Shown here: piece by piece, positions 25,464-33,442 of the stretch
Layout: each line of letters starts with the position of its first letter
Position numbering within the stretch: position 1 is the first letter of the stretch
NCBI RefSeq assembly: GCF_049337375.1
Contig: NZ_JBMPIV010000015.1
Direction: 5' to 3' (one strand)
From: Nannocystis pusilla
GTDB taxonomy: Bacteria > Myxococcota_A > Polyangia > Nannocystales > Nannocystaceae
Length of the DNA: 35,397 nt
Program-made: the position numbers and the translations under genes
Notes under the pieces: model-generated
Seen by the model: only the letters and a program-made list of their open reading frames with translations
The model's database searches: none
What the model was told of the DNA's origin: nothing

Positions 25464-25883
25464 CTACATCCCGCGCCGGTAGTAGACGAGCTGCAGCGCG
25501 AGGCGGGCGAGCTCCGACAGGTAAAGCGACAGCAGCAACAGGTGCGCGACCCACACCGGCTCGACTGCGACGACGAGGGCGCCGATGGCCCCGATCACGC
25601 CGGTGGCGAGGATCCAGCCGGTGCGGCCCTCTGCGCGCCCCTCGAACTCGCGGTCGCGGACGTCGGCGGGCTCGGGGCGGCCGATGAGCGCGGCGACGAG
25701 GTGACCGCCGACGAGGAGCGCCACCAGCAGCACGACGGCGACCGCGAACACGCCGGCGAAGGCCGGCAGGATGGTGATGCCACTCGCCAGCATCCAGCCG
25801 GCGACCACGAAGTAGAGGCCCAGCGCGACGGTCACGCCGAGCAGCTGGATCCACACGCTCTTCTCCGCGAACGAGGCGCTCAT
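25464..25883 (-). CDS. small integral membrane protein cotranscribed with the XRE regulator (DUF2178-like arrangement)
   Basis: four hydrophobic helices; start at M19 of ORF 25464..25937. Confidence 0.55.
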   Translation of the reverse strand: MSASFAEKSVWIQLLGVTVALGLYFVVAGWMLASGITILPAFAGVFAVAVVLLVALLVGGHLVAALIGRPEPADVRDREFEGRAEGRTGWILATGVIGAIGALVVAVEPVWVAHLLLLSLYLSELARLALQLVYYRRGM

Positions 25884-25910
25884 GCGCGCCTCAGGGGTGG
25901 CAGCTTTGCT

Positions 25911-25963
25911 TGACACGATGTCAAAGATACGCGACACGGGAGCCGTGTCAAGCTAGCTTGACA
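25911..25963. promoter_or_regulatory. three overlapping palindromes carrying TTGACA hexamers: TTGACAcgaTGTCAA, GACACGGgagCCGTGTC, GTCAAGCTAGCTTGAC. Probable promoter/operator of the membrane-protein/XRE operon
   Basis: read directly from the sequence; lies immediately upstream of the minus-strand operon start. Confidence 0.55.
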
Positions 25964-26210
25964 TGAGTGGCGAGAACGTGGCGGAACGCCTGGCCTGCAG
26001 GCGCTGGCGTCGATCAGCAGCGATGCGCGTGGACGCGCGGGCGCCGGAGCGTTGTGGCGGGGACCACACGGATCTGCTCCAGGTTCTGGGTGGGCGAAGT
26101 CGCGCAAGGTCGATCCCCGCAGGCGATCAAGCCGTTCGCGTCGGGACGAGTCGCGCCACGAAGGCGCTCGCGCGCCCGGGTGAGGCTGGGCGTCGGCCTC
26201 GCGTGTCTGC

Positions 26211-26332
26211 GAGGACATGCGCGCGAGGACATGCGCGCGAGGACATGCGCGCCAGGGCATGCGCGAGGACATGCGCGCGAGGACATGCGCGCGAGGACAT
26301 GCGCGCGAGGACATGTCCGAGAGGACATGCCC
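26211..26332. repeat. microsatellite-like tandem array, about nine units of GAGGACATGCGCGC (14 bp), ending in GAGGACATGTCCGAGAGGACATGCCC. An expansion of the repeat-family half-site
   Basis: read directly from the sequence; lies just 3' of the stop at 26347. Confidence 0.9.
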
Positions 26333-26346
26333 TCGGAGCCAGCGGC

Positions 26347-28128
26347 TCAGGCGGCGGAGGCGACGCCGAGGGTGCGGGCGAGGGCGCGGGCGACCGCGAG
26401 GGGGCGGCCCTTGAACACGCGGACGTACGGGATGGCGCTGGCCCGGGCGGCGCGGGCGAGGATCCCGTCGATGTTGTGGGCCTGGAAGCCGGTGGCGATG
26501 AGCACGTAGTCGTAGCTGTGGCGCGAGATGCTCTCGCACTGGGCCTGGACCTTGCGGGCGTTGCCGTCGCACCAGGTGATGTCGAGGCCGAGCGACTCCT
26601 CGAGCTTCGACTTGAGGTCGGGGTCCTCGCGGTTGCTGACGAACAGGACCCGCTTGCCCTCGACCTTGGGCCGGACCTGGGCGACCAGGTGCGCGCCCGG
26701 ATCGTCGACGTCGTCGGTCTCTTCCTCGAGGTCGCTGTCGCTGTCGGACGGCAGCACGCCGAGCTCGCCGCGCTTGATCACGTCCTGCAGGCCGGTGAGG
26801 CGGCGACGCATGCGGCGGTCCTCGAACAGGTCGGGGCGCAGGGCGTCGATGCGCGGGCGGATCGGCTGGACCAGCGACGCGACCTCGGGCGTGTTGTGGG
26901 CGTCGAAGGCCCGGCCGAGGAAGGCGAGCAGGGCCTCGTCGTCGAAGCTGTCGGCGGCGACCAGGGCGTCGCGTTCGGCTCGCACCGCCGCTTGCTGCTG
27001 GCGGACCTGATCGGCCGAGGGCCCGGTCTTGGCGCGCTCGGGCGGCGGGATGAACTCGGGGTCGAGCCAGCGGCGCAGCTGCGGCAGGCGCTCGCCGAGG
27101 CGCCCCGCGAGCCAGCGCAGGCGGCCCATGACGGCGCCCCAGGTCTCGGGGTCCTCGGCGGCGATGAAGCGACGGATGTCGCGCAGCGCCTGGGCGTGCT
27201 TGACGAGCGCGTCGAGCTGCTCGTTCGGCAGCTCCTCCGGCGGCGTGGTCAGGTGGCGCGGCGGCGGGTCGGTGACGTTGCCGGCGATGGCCTCGACGGC
27301 GCGCTGGGCCTCGCGCAGGAGGGCGCGCGGCTGGCCCGGCGGGGCCTTGCGCGGGCGGTCGGCCCAGCCGTAGTCGTCGACCGGGACCTCGCTGGTCATC
27401 GCGCGCTCGCGATGGTTCTGCACGAACTCGTGCGCCTCGGCCCAGGTCTTCGGCGCGTGCAGCGTCTTCAGCCCGAGCTCGGTGACCACGCACGCGGGCA
27501 CCGCGTTCATCTGCAGCGCCTGCACCGAGCCGGGCCACAAGGTCTTGCTGAGGTTCGTCAGCTCGTGGGCGATCCGCCGCACCAGCACGGTGATCTTGTG
27601 CTCGCCCTGGAACTGCTCGTCGAAGCTGCGCGCGCGGGAGATCCACGCCAGCATGTAGACCTTCTGATAGCGCGGCGACATCAGCGCGAAGTCGGGCCGC
27701 ATGTCCTGGATGTCCTTGAGGATCTCTTCCAGGGTCTCACGCGCCTCGGCGACCGCAGCAGCGGGATAAGTCGGTAGCTGGATCCGGCCGACGATCGGGC
27801 TGCGCGGTAGCTCGGGCTGCTCGGGCGCGGCGGGCGGGGCGGTGGGGATAACTTCGGGGGATACTGCGGCGCTGGGTGGCGCCGCCTGCGGACGGGCTGG
27901 CTCCTGGAGGCCGTCGCGGAAGCGATCGAAGAGTTGACGCGCGGCCGCCGACGGAAACATCTGCGTCAGCGCATCTTCGAGGGCGCTGTCACGATCGGGT
28001 CCGCGGCCGAGCCACCGCTCCGTGTCGCGCCAGATCAGCACCTCGGTCCACTGATGGGTATACATCGCGTGGCGGTAGCCGCTGTCCGCGAGAAACTTGG
28101 GTAGCCAGCGCGCGCCGTCGTCGTGCAT
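26347..28128 (-). CDS. hypothetical protein (593 aa); acidic linker and conserved-looking C-terminal domain
   Basis: long non-repetitive ORF with typical codon usage; lies 180 bp downstream of FabG on the same strand. Confidence 0.55.
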   Translation of the reverse strand: MHDDGARWLPKFLADSGYRHAMYTHQWTEVLIWRDTERWLGRGPDRDSALEDALTQMFPSAAARQLFDRFRDGLQEPARPQAAPPSAAVSPEVIPTAPPAAPEQPELPRSPIVGRIQLPTYPAAAVAEARETLEEILKDIQDMRPDFALMSPRYQKVYMLAWISRARSFDEQFQGEHKITVLVRRIAHELTNLSKTLWPGSVQALQMNAVPACVVTELGLKTLHAPKTWAEAHEFVQNHRERAMTSEVPVDDYGWADRPRKAPPGQPRALLREAQRAVEAIAGNVTDPPPRHLTTPPEELPNEQLDALVKHAQALRDIRRFIAAEDPETWGAVMGRLRWLAGRLGERLPQLRRWLDPEFIPPPERAKTGPSADQVRQQQAAVRAERDALVAADSFDDEALLAFLGRAFDAHNTPEVASLVQPIRPRIDALRPDLFEDRRMRRRLTGLQDVIKRGELGVLPSDSDSDLEEETDDVDDPGAHLVAQVRPKVEGKRVLFVSNREDPDLKSKLEESLGLDITWCDGNARKVQAQCESISRHSYDYVLIATGFQAHNIDGILARAARASAIPYVRVFKGRPLAVARALARTLGVASAA

Positions 28129-28309
28129 CGCCCGTTACGCTAGTCTTTTCGCGCTGCTGCTGCAACGAAGGGGCAAAATGCCGCGCGCGGACGGAGGTCC
28201 GCGCGGGCAGGGTGAGGGCCTGCCGTGGCGGAGGCTGTTCAGCGCCGCGCGCGCCGTCACGGACGCCGTTCGCCGCCCGTGAGGCCCGATCAGAACCGCG
28301 TGCGGCGGT

Positions 28310-29089
28310 TCAGGTGCCGATGACGGAGCCGCCGTCGACGCTCAAGATGGCGCCGTTGATGAAGCTCGACTTGTCGTCGGCCAGGAAGAGATAGGCGCGA
28401 GCGATGTCGTCGGGCTGTCCGGCGCGGCCGACCGGGGTGTGCTCGATCAGCGCGTTATAAACCTTCTCGGGGATGCTCTTGACCATGTCCGTGGCGATGA
28501 AGCCCGGGGCGACGGCGTTCGCCGTGATGCCGTAACGGCCGAGCTCGCGCGCCCATACGCGCGTCATGCCGACGACGCCGGCCTTGGCGGCGACGTAGTT
28601 GGTCTGGCCGAAGTTGCCGTACAACGCGACCACCGAGCTGGTGCTGACGATCCGCCCGTACTTCTGGGCGATCATCGTCGGCACGACCGCCTGGGTGCAG
28701 TTGAACACGCCCTTGAGGCAGACATCGAGGACGAACTGGAACTGGTCGGCGCTCATCTGACCGACCACCTGTCCGTCCTTGACCTTGACGAGCTGGCCGT
28801 CGCGGACGACGCCGGCGTTGTTGATGAGGACGTCGATCCGGCCGAAGCGCTCGAGCACGGCGGCGACCCCGGCGACGCAGTCCTCGGGCTTGCTGACGTC
28901 GACCTTGCGAGCGATGGCGACGCCGCCGGCGGCGGTGATCGCGGACACGACCTCCTCGGCTGCCTGTTCGGCCAGGTCCCACACGGCCACGCCGTAGCCG
29001 GCCTCGGCGAACTTGAGAGCGGTGGCGCGGCCGATGCCGTTGCCGCCGCCGGTGACGATGGCGATCCGCGGTTGCTGGGTGCTTGTCAT
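28310..29089 (-). CDS. fabG: 3-oxoacyl-ACP reductase (FabG-like SDR)
   Basis: IAIVTGGGNGIGRA; NNAG; S…YVAAKAGVVG; start at M131 of ORF 28310..29479. Confidence 0.85.
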   Translation of the reverse strand: MTSTQQPRIAIVTGGGNGIGRATALKFAEAGYGVAVWDLAEQAAEEVVSAITAAGGVAIARKVDVSKPEDCVAGVAAVLERFGRIDVLINNAGVVRDGQLVKVKDGQVVGQMSADQFQFVLDVCLKGVFNCTQAVVPTMIAQKYGRIVSTSSVVALYGNFGQTNYVAAKAGVVGMTRVWARELGRYGITANAVAPGFIATDMVKSIPEKVYNALIEHTPVGRAGQPDDIARAYLFLADDKSSFINGAILSVDGGSVIGT

Positions 29090-29257
29090 GCGGCGGCGAG
29101 CGTACCGAGGGCCGCCGAGGTCGCCTGCACCAAGAGCCAGGGTGAGATGTGAGCTTGCGCCCTGTCGGTGACCGCAGCGCGCGGCTCGGGCGTCCACGGA
29201 GGATGATGGCCGCCGCTTGTCGTCTCCAGGGCGATCCCCGTAGGATGCGCCGACCCC

Positions 29258-29545
29258 ATGACAGAGACCGCGCCGCCCGAAGCCCTGGTCCGCGAGATCA
29301 AGGAGCTCATCATCGAGGCCCTGATGCTGCAGGACATGACCCCCGAGGACATCGACCCGGAGGCGCCGCTTCTGGTCGAGGGGCTGGGCCTCGACTCGAT
29401 CGACGTGCTCGAGCTGGCGATGGCCATCGGCAAGAAGTACGGCGTCAAGACCCGCGCCGACGACGCCCAGAACCGACACATCTTCGCCAGCGTGACCAAC
29501 CTGGCCCGCTTCGTCGCCGAACAGCGCGCGCCGGCGGCGAGCTGA
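29258..29545 (+). CDS. acyl carrier protein
   Basis: GLDSID phosphopantetheine-attachment motif; 95 aa. Confidence 0.85.
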   Translation: MTETAPPEALVREIKELIIEALMLQDMTPEDIDPEAPLLVEGLGLDSIDVLELAMAIGKKYGVKTRADDAQNRHIFASVTNLARFVAEQRAPAAS

Positions 29546-29553
29546 GGCCCGAC

Positions 29554-30204
29554 ATGGCGGACCCGAACGGCGAGCCGCGGCGAGCCGCGGGGGTCCCCAG
29601 GTGGGTGCCCGCGGTGCTGCGGTCGGTGGTGATCGGCGGCTATCCGCTGGTCGTGTACCTCGGCATGACGCGCTGGAGCCCGCGCACCCTGGCGCTGGTG
29701 CTGGCGGTGGCGCTGCTCCCGGGGCTTCTGCTGCGCCTGCGCGAGGCCCGGCGCGAGGACCTGTGGCCGGTGCTGCGGGTGCCGCTGTCGCTGTTCGGGC
29801 TGTTCGCGGCGGCGGCGCTGTCGGGCGAGCAGCGGCTGTTCATGGCCCTGCCGGTGCTGGTCAACCTGGGCCTCTTGGCCAACTTCGCCGCCAGCCTGCG
29901 CGGGCCGGTGTCGCTGGTCGAACGGTTCGCACGCCTGCAGGAGCCCGACCTGCCGCCCGGCGGGCCGGCGTACTGCCGCACCTGGACCAAGATCTGGTGC
30001 GGTTTCTTCGTCGCCAACGCGGCCGTCAGCGCCGGCCTGGCGCTGTGGGCCCCGGTGGCCTGGTGGACGCTCTACACCGGACTTTTGGCCTACCTGCTGA
30101 TCGGGGTAATGTTCACCGTCGAGTTCGTCGTCCGCAAGGCGACCTTCCGTCGCTTCGGCGACGGGCTGCCCGACCGCCTGCTCCGCCGACTGCTCCGCGC
30201 ATGA
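29554..30204 (+). CDS. integral membrane protein of the lipid cluster
   Basis: multiple TM helices; stop overlaps the next start (ATGA at 30201-30204). Confidence 0.65.
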   Translation: MADPNGEPRRAAGVPRWVPAVLRSVVIGGYPLVVYLGMTRWSPRTLALVLAVALLPGLLLRLREARREDLWPVLRVPLSLFGLFAAAALSGEQRLFMALPVLVNLGLLANFAASLRGPVSLVERFARLQEPDLPPGGPAYCRTWTKIWCGFFVANAAVSAGLALWAPVAWWTLYTGLLAYLLIGVMFTVEFVVRKATFRRFGDGLPDRLLRRLLRA

Positions 30205-32255
30205 AGTCGTTCGCCCCGCTCGTCCACACCGATCCCGCGGCGCTCGTCGCCGTGGGCGAGGCCGGCGCGCGCACGGCCGGCGAGCTCATGCGCGACGCGA
30301 GGGCCGTCGCGGCGCGGCTGCCGGCGCCGATGCCGGGGAGCGAGGTGCTGGTGGTGTGCGGCGACCGCTACCACCTGGCGGTGACGACCCTGGCGGCGTG
30401 GCTGCGCGGCCACGCGGTCGCGCTGCCGCCCAACGCCCAGCCGGCGGCCGTGCGCGAGCTGGCCGGGCGGCCGTCGGTGGTCGCGCTGCTGCACGACTCC
30501 GACCTGGCCGACGCGCAGGACGTCCGCGAGTGGCTGGAAGGACATGTTTCAGGGGACATGGCCGATCCGACATGGCCCGAAGCGCTGGCGCCCGATCGCC
30601 GGCTGGCGGTCGTGTACACCTCGGGCAGCACCGGCGATCACCAGCCGTGCGCCAAGACGGCCGCGCAGCTGCTCGGCGAGGCGCAGGCGCTGGCGGCCAC
30701 GTTCGCCCTGCGGGCCGGCGAGGTGGCGCTGGCGACGGTGCCGCCGTACCACCTCTACGGGCTGCTGTTCGGGATCCTGGCGCCGCTGGCTGCGGGGGCG
30801 GCGTTCGCCCGCGAGACGCCGCTGCACGCCGAGACGGTGGCCCGGGCGGCGCGGCAGGTGGAGGCGACGGTGCTGGTCAGCACGCCGGCGCACCTGCGCG
30901 GGCTGACGGTGCTGACGCGCGGCGACCTGCCGCCGCTGTCGCGGGTGTTCTCGTCGGGCGCGCCGCTGCCGCGGGCCACCGCCGACGAGCTGCTGACCAA
31001 GCTGGGCCTGCAGGTGACCGAGGTGTACGGCTCGTCGGAGACCGGCGGGATCGGCTGGCGGCGGCACGAGGATGTTTTAAAAGACATGTCCCCGGAGCCA
31101 GCCTGGACGCCGCTGCCGGGAGTGACGGTCGAGGTGGCGGCCGAGGGGCGGCTGCTGCTGCGCTCGCCGTTCTTGGCCCCGGACGCGCCGGTGCCGTACC
31201 CGTGCGAGGATCGCGTCGAGGTCGACGCGCGCGGCGGGTTCCACCTGCGCGGGCGGCTCGACGGGGTGGTGAAGATCGCCGGCAAGCGGGTGGCGGTGGC
31301 CGAGGTCGAGCAGCGCCTGCTGGCGCTGGCGGCGGTGGCCGACGCCGCGGTGGTGGCGGTCGAGTCGCCGGGCGCGCGCGGGCACGAGCTGGTGGCCGCC
31401 GTGGTGGCGCGCGAGGCCGGGCGCGACGCCGCCGAGCTGGTGGCCGAGCTGCGGCGGGCGCTGCTGCCGTGGTTCGACCCGGTGGTGGTGCCGCGGCGGA
31501 TCAAGGTGGTGCCGGCGCTGCCGCGCGAGCCGAGCGGCAAGCTGACGCGGCGCAAGCTGCACGCGCTGCTCGGGCTCGCGGGCGAGGAGGAGAGTGCGTC
31601 GGGTGGCGCGAAGGACATGTCTGTGAGGACAGATGCCGACGCAGCGAGCGCGGGTCCGAGGCTCGGTGGCGCGAGGGACATGTCCGCGGGGACAGAGGCC
31701 GCACCAGAGCGCGGTGGCGCGAGGGACATGTCCGCGGGGACAGAGGCCGCACCGGAGCGAGGTGGCGCGAGGGACATGTCCGCGGGGACAGATGCCGATC
31801 CGGAGCGCGGTGGCGCGAGGGACATGTCCGCGGGGACAGAGGCCCATGGGGCGTCGTGGGGTGTCTCGCGAGACATGTCCGCGGGGACAGGTGGCGCGTC
31901 GGCGTTCGCGCTGGGCGGCCACGCGCGGCGCGACGAGGGCGGGGCGGCGGTGCACGAGGTCGAGGTGGGGGTGCCGGTCGACCTTGCGTTCTTCTGCGGG
32001 CACTTCGACGCGCTGCCGGTGCTGCCGGGGGTGGCGCAGCTGACCGCGCTGGTGGTGCCGCAAGTGGCGGCGCTGCGGCCGGAGCTGGGGCCGCTGAGGC
32101 GGGCGGCGCGGCTGAAGTTCACCCGGCCGATCGCGCCGGGCGACGCGCTGGTGCTGCGGCTCGAGGTCCGCGGGACTCAGGTCCGCTTCTCGTTGGCGCG
32201 GGCCGGCGAGGTGGTCACGGCGGGGGCGCTCGAGTACGAGGCGCGCGGAGGCTGA
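30201..32255 (+). CDS. AMP-dependent synthetase/ligase fused through a 5.5 x 16-aa repeat linker to a FabA/FabZ-like hotdog dehydratase domain
   Basis: YTSGSTG and GSSETGG AMP-binding motifs; FFCGHFDALPVLPGVAQL matches the hotdog dehydratase active-site motif; the true ATG at 30201 overlaps the upstream stop. Confidence 0.8.
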   Translation: MKSFAPLVHTDPAALVAVGEAGARTAGELMRDARAVAARLPAPMPGSEVLVVCGDRYHLAVTTLAAWLRGHAVALPPNAQPAAVRELAGRPSVVALLHDSDLADAQDVREWLEGHVSGDMADPTWPEALAPDRRLAVVYTSGSTGDHQPCAKTAAQLLGEAQALAATFALRAGEVALATVPPYHLYGLLFGILAPLAAGAAFARETPLHAETVARAARQVEATVLVSTPAHLRGLTVLTRGDLPPLSRVFSSGAPLPRATADELLTKLGLQVTEVYGSSETGGIGWRRHEDVLKDMSPEPAWTPLPGVTVEVAAEGRLLLRSPFLAPDAPVPYPCEDRVEVDARGGFHLRGRLDGVVKIAGKRVAVAEVEQRLLALAAVADAAVVAVESPGARGHELVAAVVAREAGRDAAELVAELRRALLPWFDPVVVPRRIKVVPALPREPSGKLTRRKLHALLGLAGEEESASGGAKDMSVRTDADAASAGPRLGGARDMSAGTEAAPERGGARDMSAGTEAAPERGGARDMSAGTDADPERGGARDMSAGTEAHGASWGVSRDMSAGTGGASAFALGGHARRDEGGAAVHEVEVGVPVDLAFFCGHFDALPVLPGVAQLTALVVPQVAALRPELGPLRRAARLKFTRPIAPGDALVLRLEVRGTQVRFSLARAGEVVTAGALEYEARGG
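30537..30584. repeat. repeat-family copy (GAAGGACATGTTTCAGGGGACATGGCCGATCCGACATGGCCCGAAGCG) in-frame in the ligase, encoding EGHVSGDMADPTWPEA just before the YTSGSTG motif; a second copy at 31071-31099 encodes DVLKDMSPEP
   Basis: atypical codons (gtt tca, aca, gaa, tta aaa). Confidence 0.7.
31603..31905. repeat. tandem array of about 5.5 units of 48 bp, each GGTGGCGCGAGGGACATGTCCGCGGGGACAGAGGCCGCACC(A/G)GAGCG(C/A), encoding (ERGGARDMSAGTEAAP)n between the ligase and dehydratase domains
   Basis: read directly from the sequence; not CRISPR-like because the units have no unique spacers. Confidence 0.9.
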
Positions 32256-32269
32256 GGCGGTGCGTATGG

Positions 32270-32403
32270 CCGAAGGGGCAGGTCGTTGCCAGATGTCCGG
32301 GAGGACAGGTCGTCCGCCGACGGTCGGCGGGCGGGGTGCGCCCCGCGGCGGGAGGCGGGCATGAGCGCGGACGGAGGCCAGGATGTGTCCCGAGGGACAG
32401 GTG
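32270..32403. repeat. repeat copies in the ligase/GT2 intergenic region and in the first 15 codons of GT2 (CCGAAGGGGCAGGTCGTTGCCAGATGTCCGGGAGGACAGGTCGTCC; GGATGTGTCCCGAGGGACAGGTG)
   Basis: read directly from the sequence. Confidence 0.75.
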
Positions 32404-33176
32404 AAGCCGGGGCCGCGGCGTTCCGGCCGTGCGCGCTGATCCCGACCTTCGACAACCCGCGGACGGTGCGGGACGTGGTGCTGCGGGTCAAGGCGCACCT
32501 GCCCGACGTGGTGGTCATCGACGACGGCTCGGGGCCGGAGGGCCGCGCCGCGGTCGAGGCGCTCGGGGCGGAGGGGCTGGCGCACGTGCGGCGACGGCCG
32601 CACAACGGCGGCAAGGGGGCGGCGGTCAAGACCGGGTTCCAGTTCGCCCACGAGCTCGGCTACACCCACGCGCTGCAGGTCGACGCCGACGGGCAACATG
32701 ACCTGGGGGACATCCCGCAATTCCTCGCCACCGCGCGCGAGCGGCCGGACGCGCTCGTCCTCGGGGCGCCGGTGTACGACGCGTCGGCGCCCAAGGGGCG
32801 GCTCGTCGCCCGCAAGATCACGCTGTTCTGGACCAACTTCGAGGCGGGGCGCGGGGTCATCACCGACCCGATGTGCGGCTTCCGCGTGTACCCGCTGGCG
32901 CCCGCGCTGGCGCTCGGGCGCACCGGCGACCGCATGGACTTCGACATCGAGATCGCGGTCCGCCTGGTGTGGGCGGGGGTGCCGGTGATCAACCTGCCGA
33001 CCAAGGTCCGCTACATCGGCCGCGACGAGGGCGGAGTGTCGCACTTCCGCGTGTTCGGCGACAACGTCAAGATCTCGTGGCTGCACACCCGGCTGTCGTT
33101 CCAGCGGGTGATGGTGCGCCCGTGGGTCAACCTCTACCGCCGCCTGCGCCGCCCGGCGCTGCCGGCCGGCCGCTGA
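32361..33176 (+). CDS. family-2 glycosyltransferase (polyprenyl-phosphate sugar transferase-like)
   Basis: GGGAGG Shine-Dalgarno 6 nt before ATG 32361; …ALIPTFDNPRTV…VVVIDDGSGPEG…QVDADGQHD motifs. Confidence 0.8.
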   Translation: MSADGGQDVSRGTGEAGAAAFRPCALIPTFDNPRTVRDVVLRVKAHLPDVVVIDDGSGPEGRAAVEALGAEGLAHVRRRPHNGGKGAAVKTGFQFAHELGYTHALQVDADGQHDLGDIPQFLATARERPDALVLGAPVYDASAPKGRLVARKITLFWTNFEAGRGVITDPMCGFRVYPLAPALALGRTGDRMDFDIEIAVRLVWAGVPVINLPTKVRYIGRDEGGVSHFRVFGDNVKISWLHTRLSFQRVMVRPWVNLYRRLRRPALPAGR

Positions 33177-33186
33177 GGGGCTGCGC

Positions 33187-33252
33187 GAGAGGACAGGTTC
33201 GATCGGCCATGGCTCATCAGGCAGGTGCGGGGGGACATGTCCCGGAGGACAA
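33187..33252. repeat. repeat copy (GAGAGGACAGGTTCGATCGGCCATGGCTCATCAGGCAGGTGCGGGGGGACATGTCCCGGAGGACAACC) between the GT2 and acyltransferase genes
   Basis: read directly from the sequence. Confidence 0.75.
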
Positions 33253-33263
33253 CCGGGCCGGGG

Positions 33264-33435
33264 CCGCGGCGGGCGAGCGCGGGGCGGGCGTGCCGGCGAC
33301 CGCCGCCGGGCAGGGGAGCGAGCGCGAGGCGGGCGGCGCCGCGGCGGGCGAGCGCGGGGCGGGCGTGCCGGCGACCACCGCGGGGCAGGGGAGCGAGCGC
33401 GAGGCGGGCGGCGCCGCGGCGGTCGAGGGCGACCG
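33264..33435. repeat. 75-bp tandem duplication (2.3 units) encoding (AAAGERGAGVPATAAGQGSEREAGG)n upstream of, or inside a 5' extension of, the acyltransferase gene
   Basis: read directly from the sequence. Confidence 0.85.
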
Positions 33436-33442
33436 GGCGTGG

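Noticed and set aside
31603-31905. Possibility that the tandem arrays here, and at 19568-19770 and 26211-26332, are CRISPR arrays
   Set aside because: Whole units repeat, so there are no unique spacers. Units are 14-48 bp with irregular spacing in one case. No cas genes are present. Two of the arrays lie in-frame inside ORFs.
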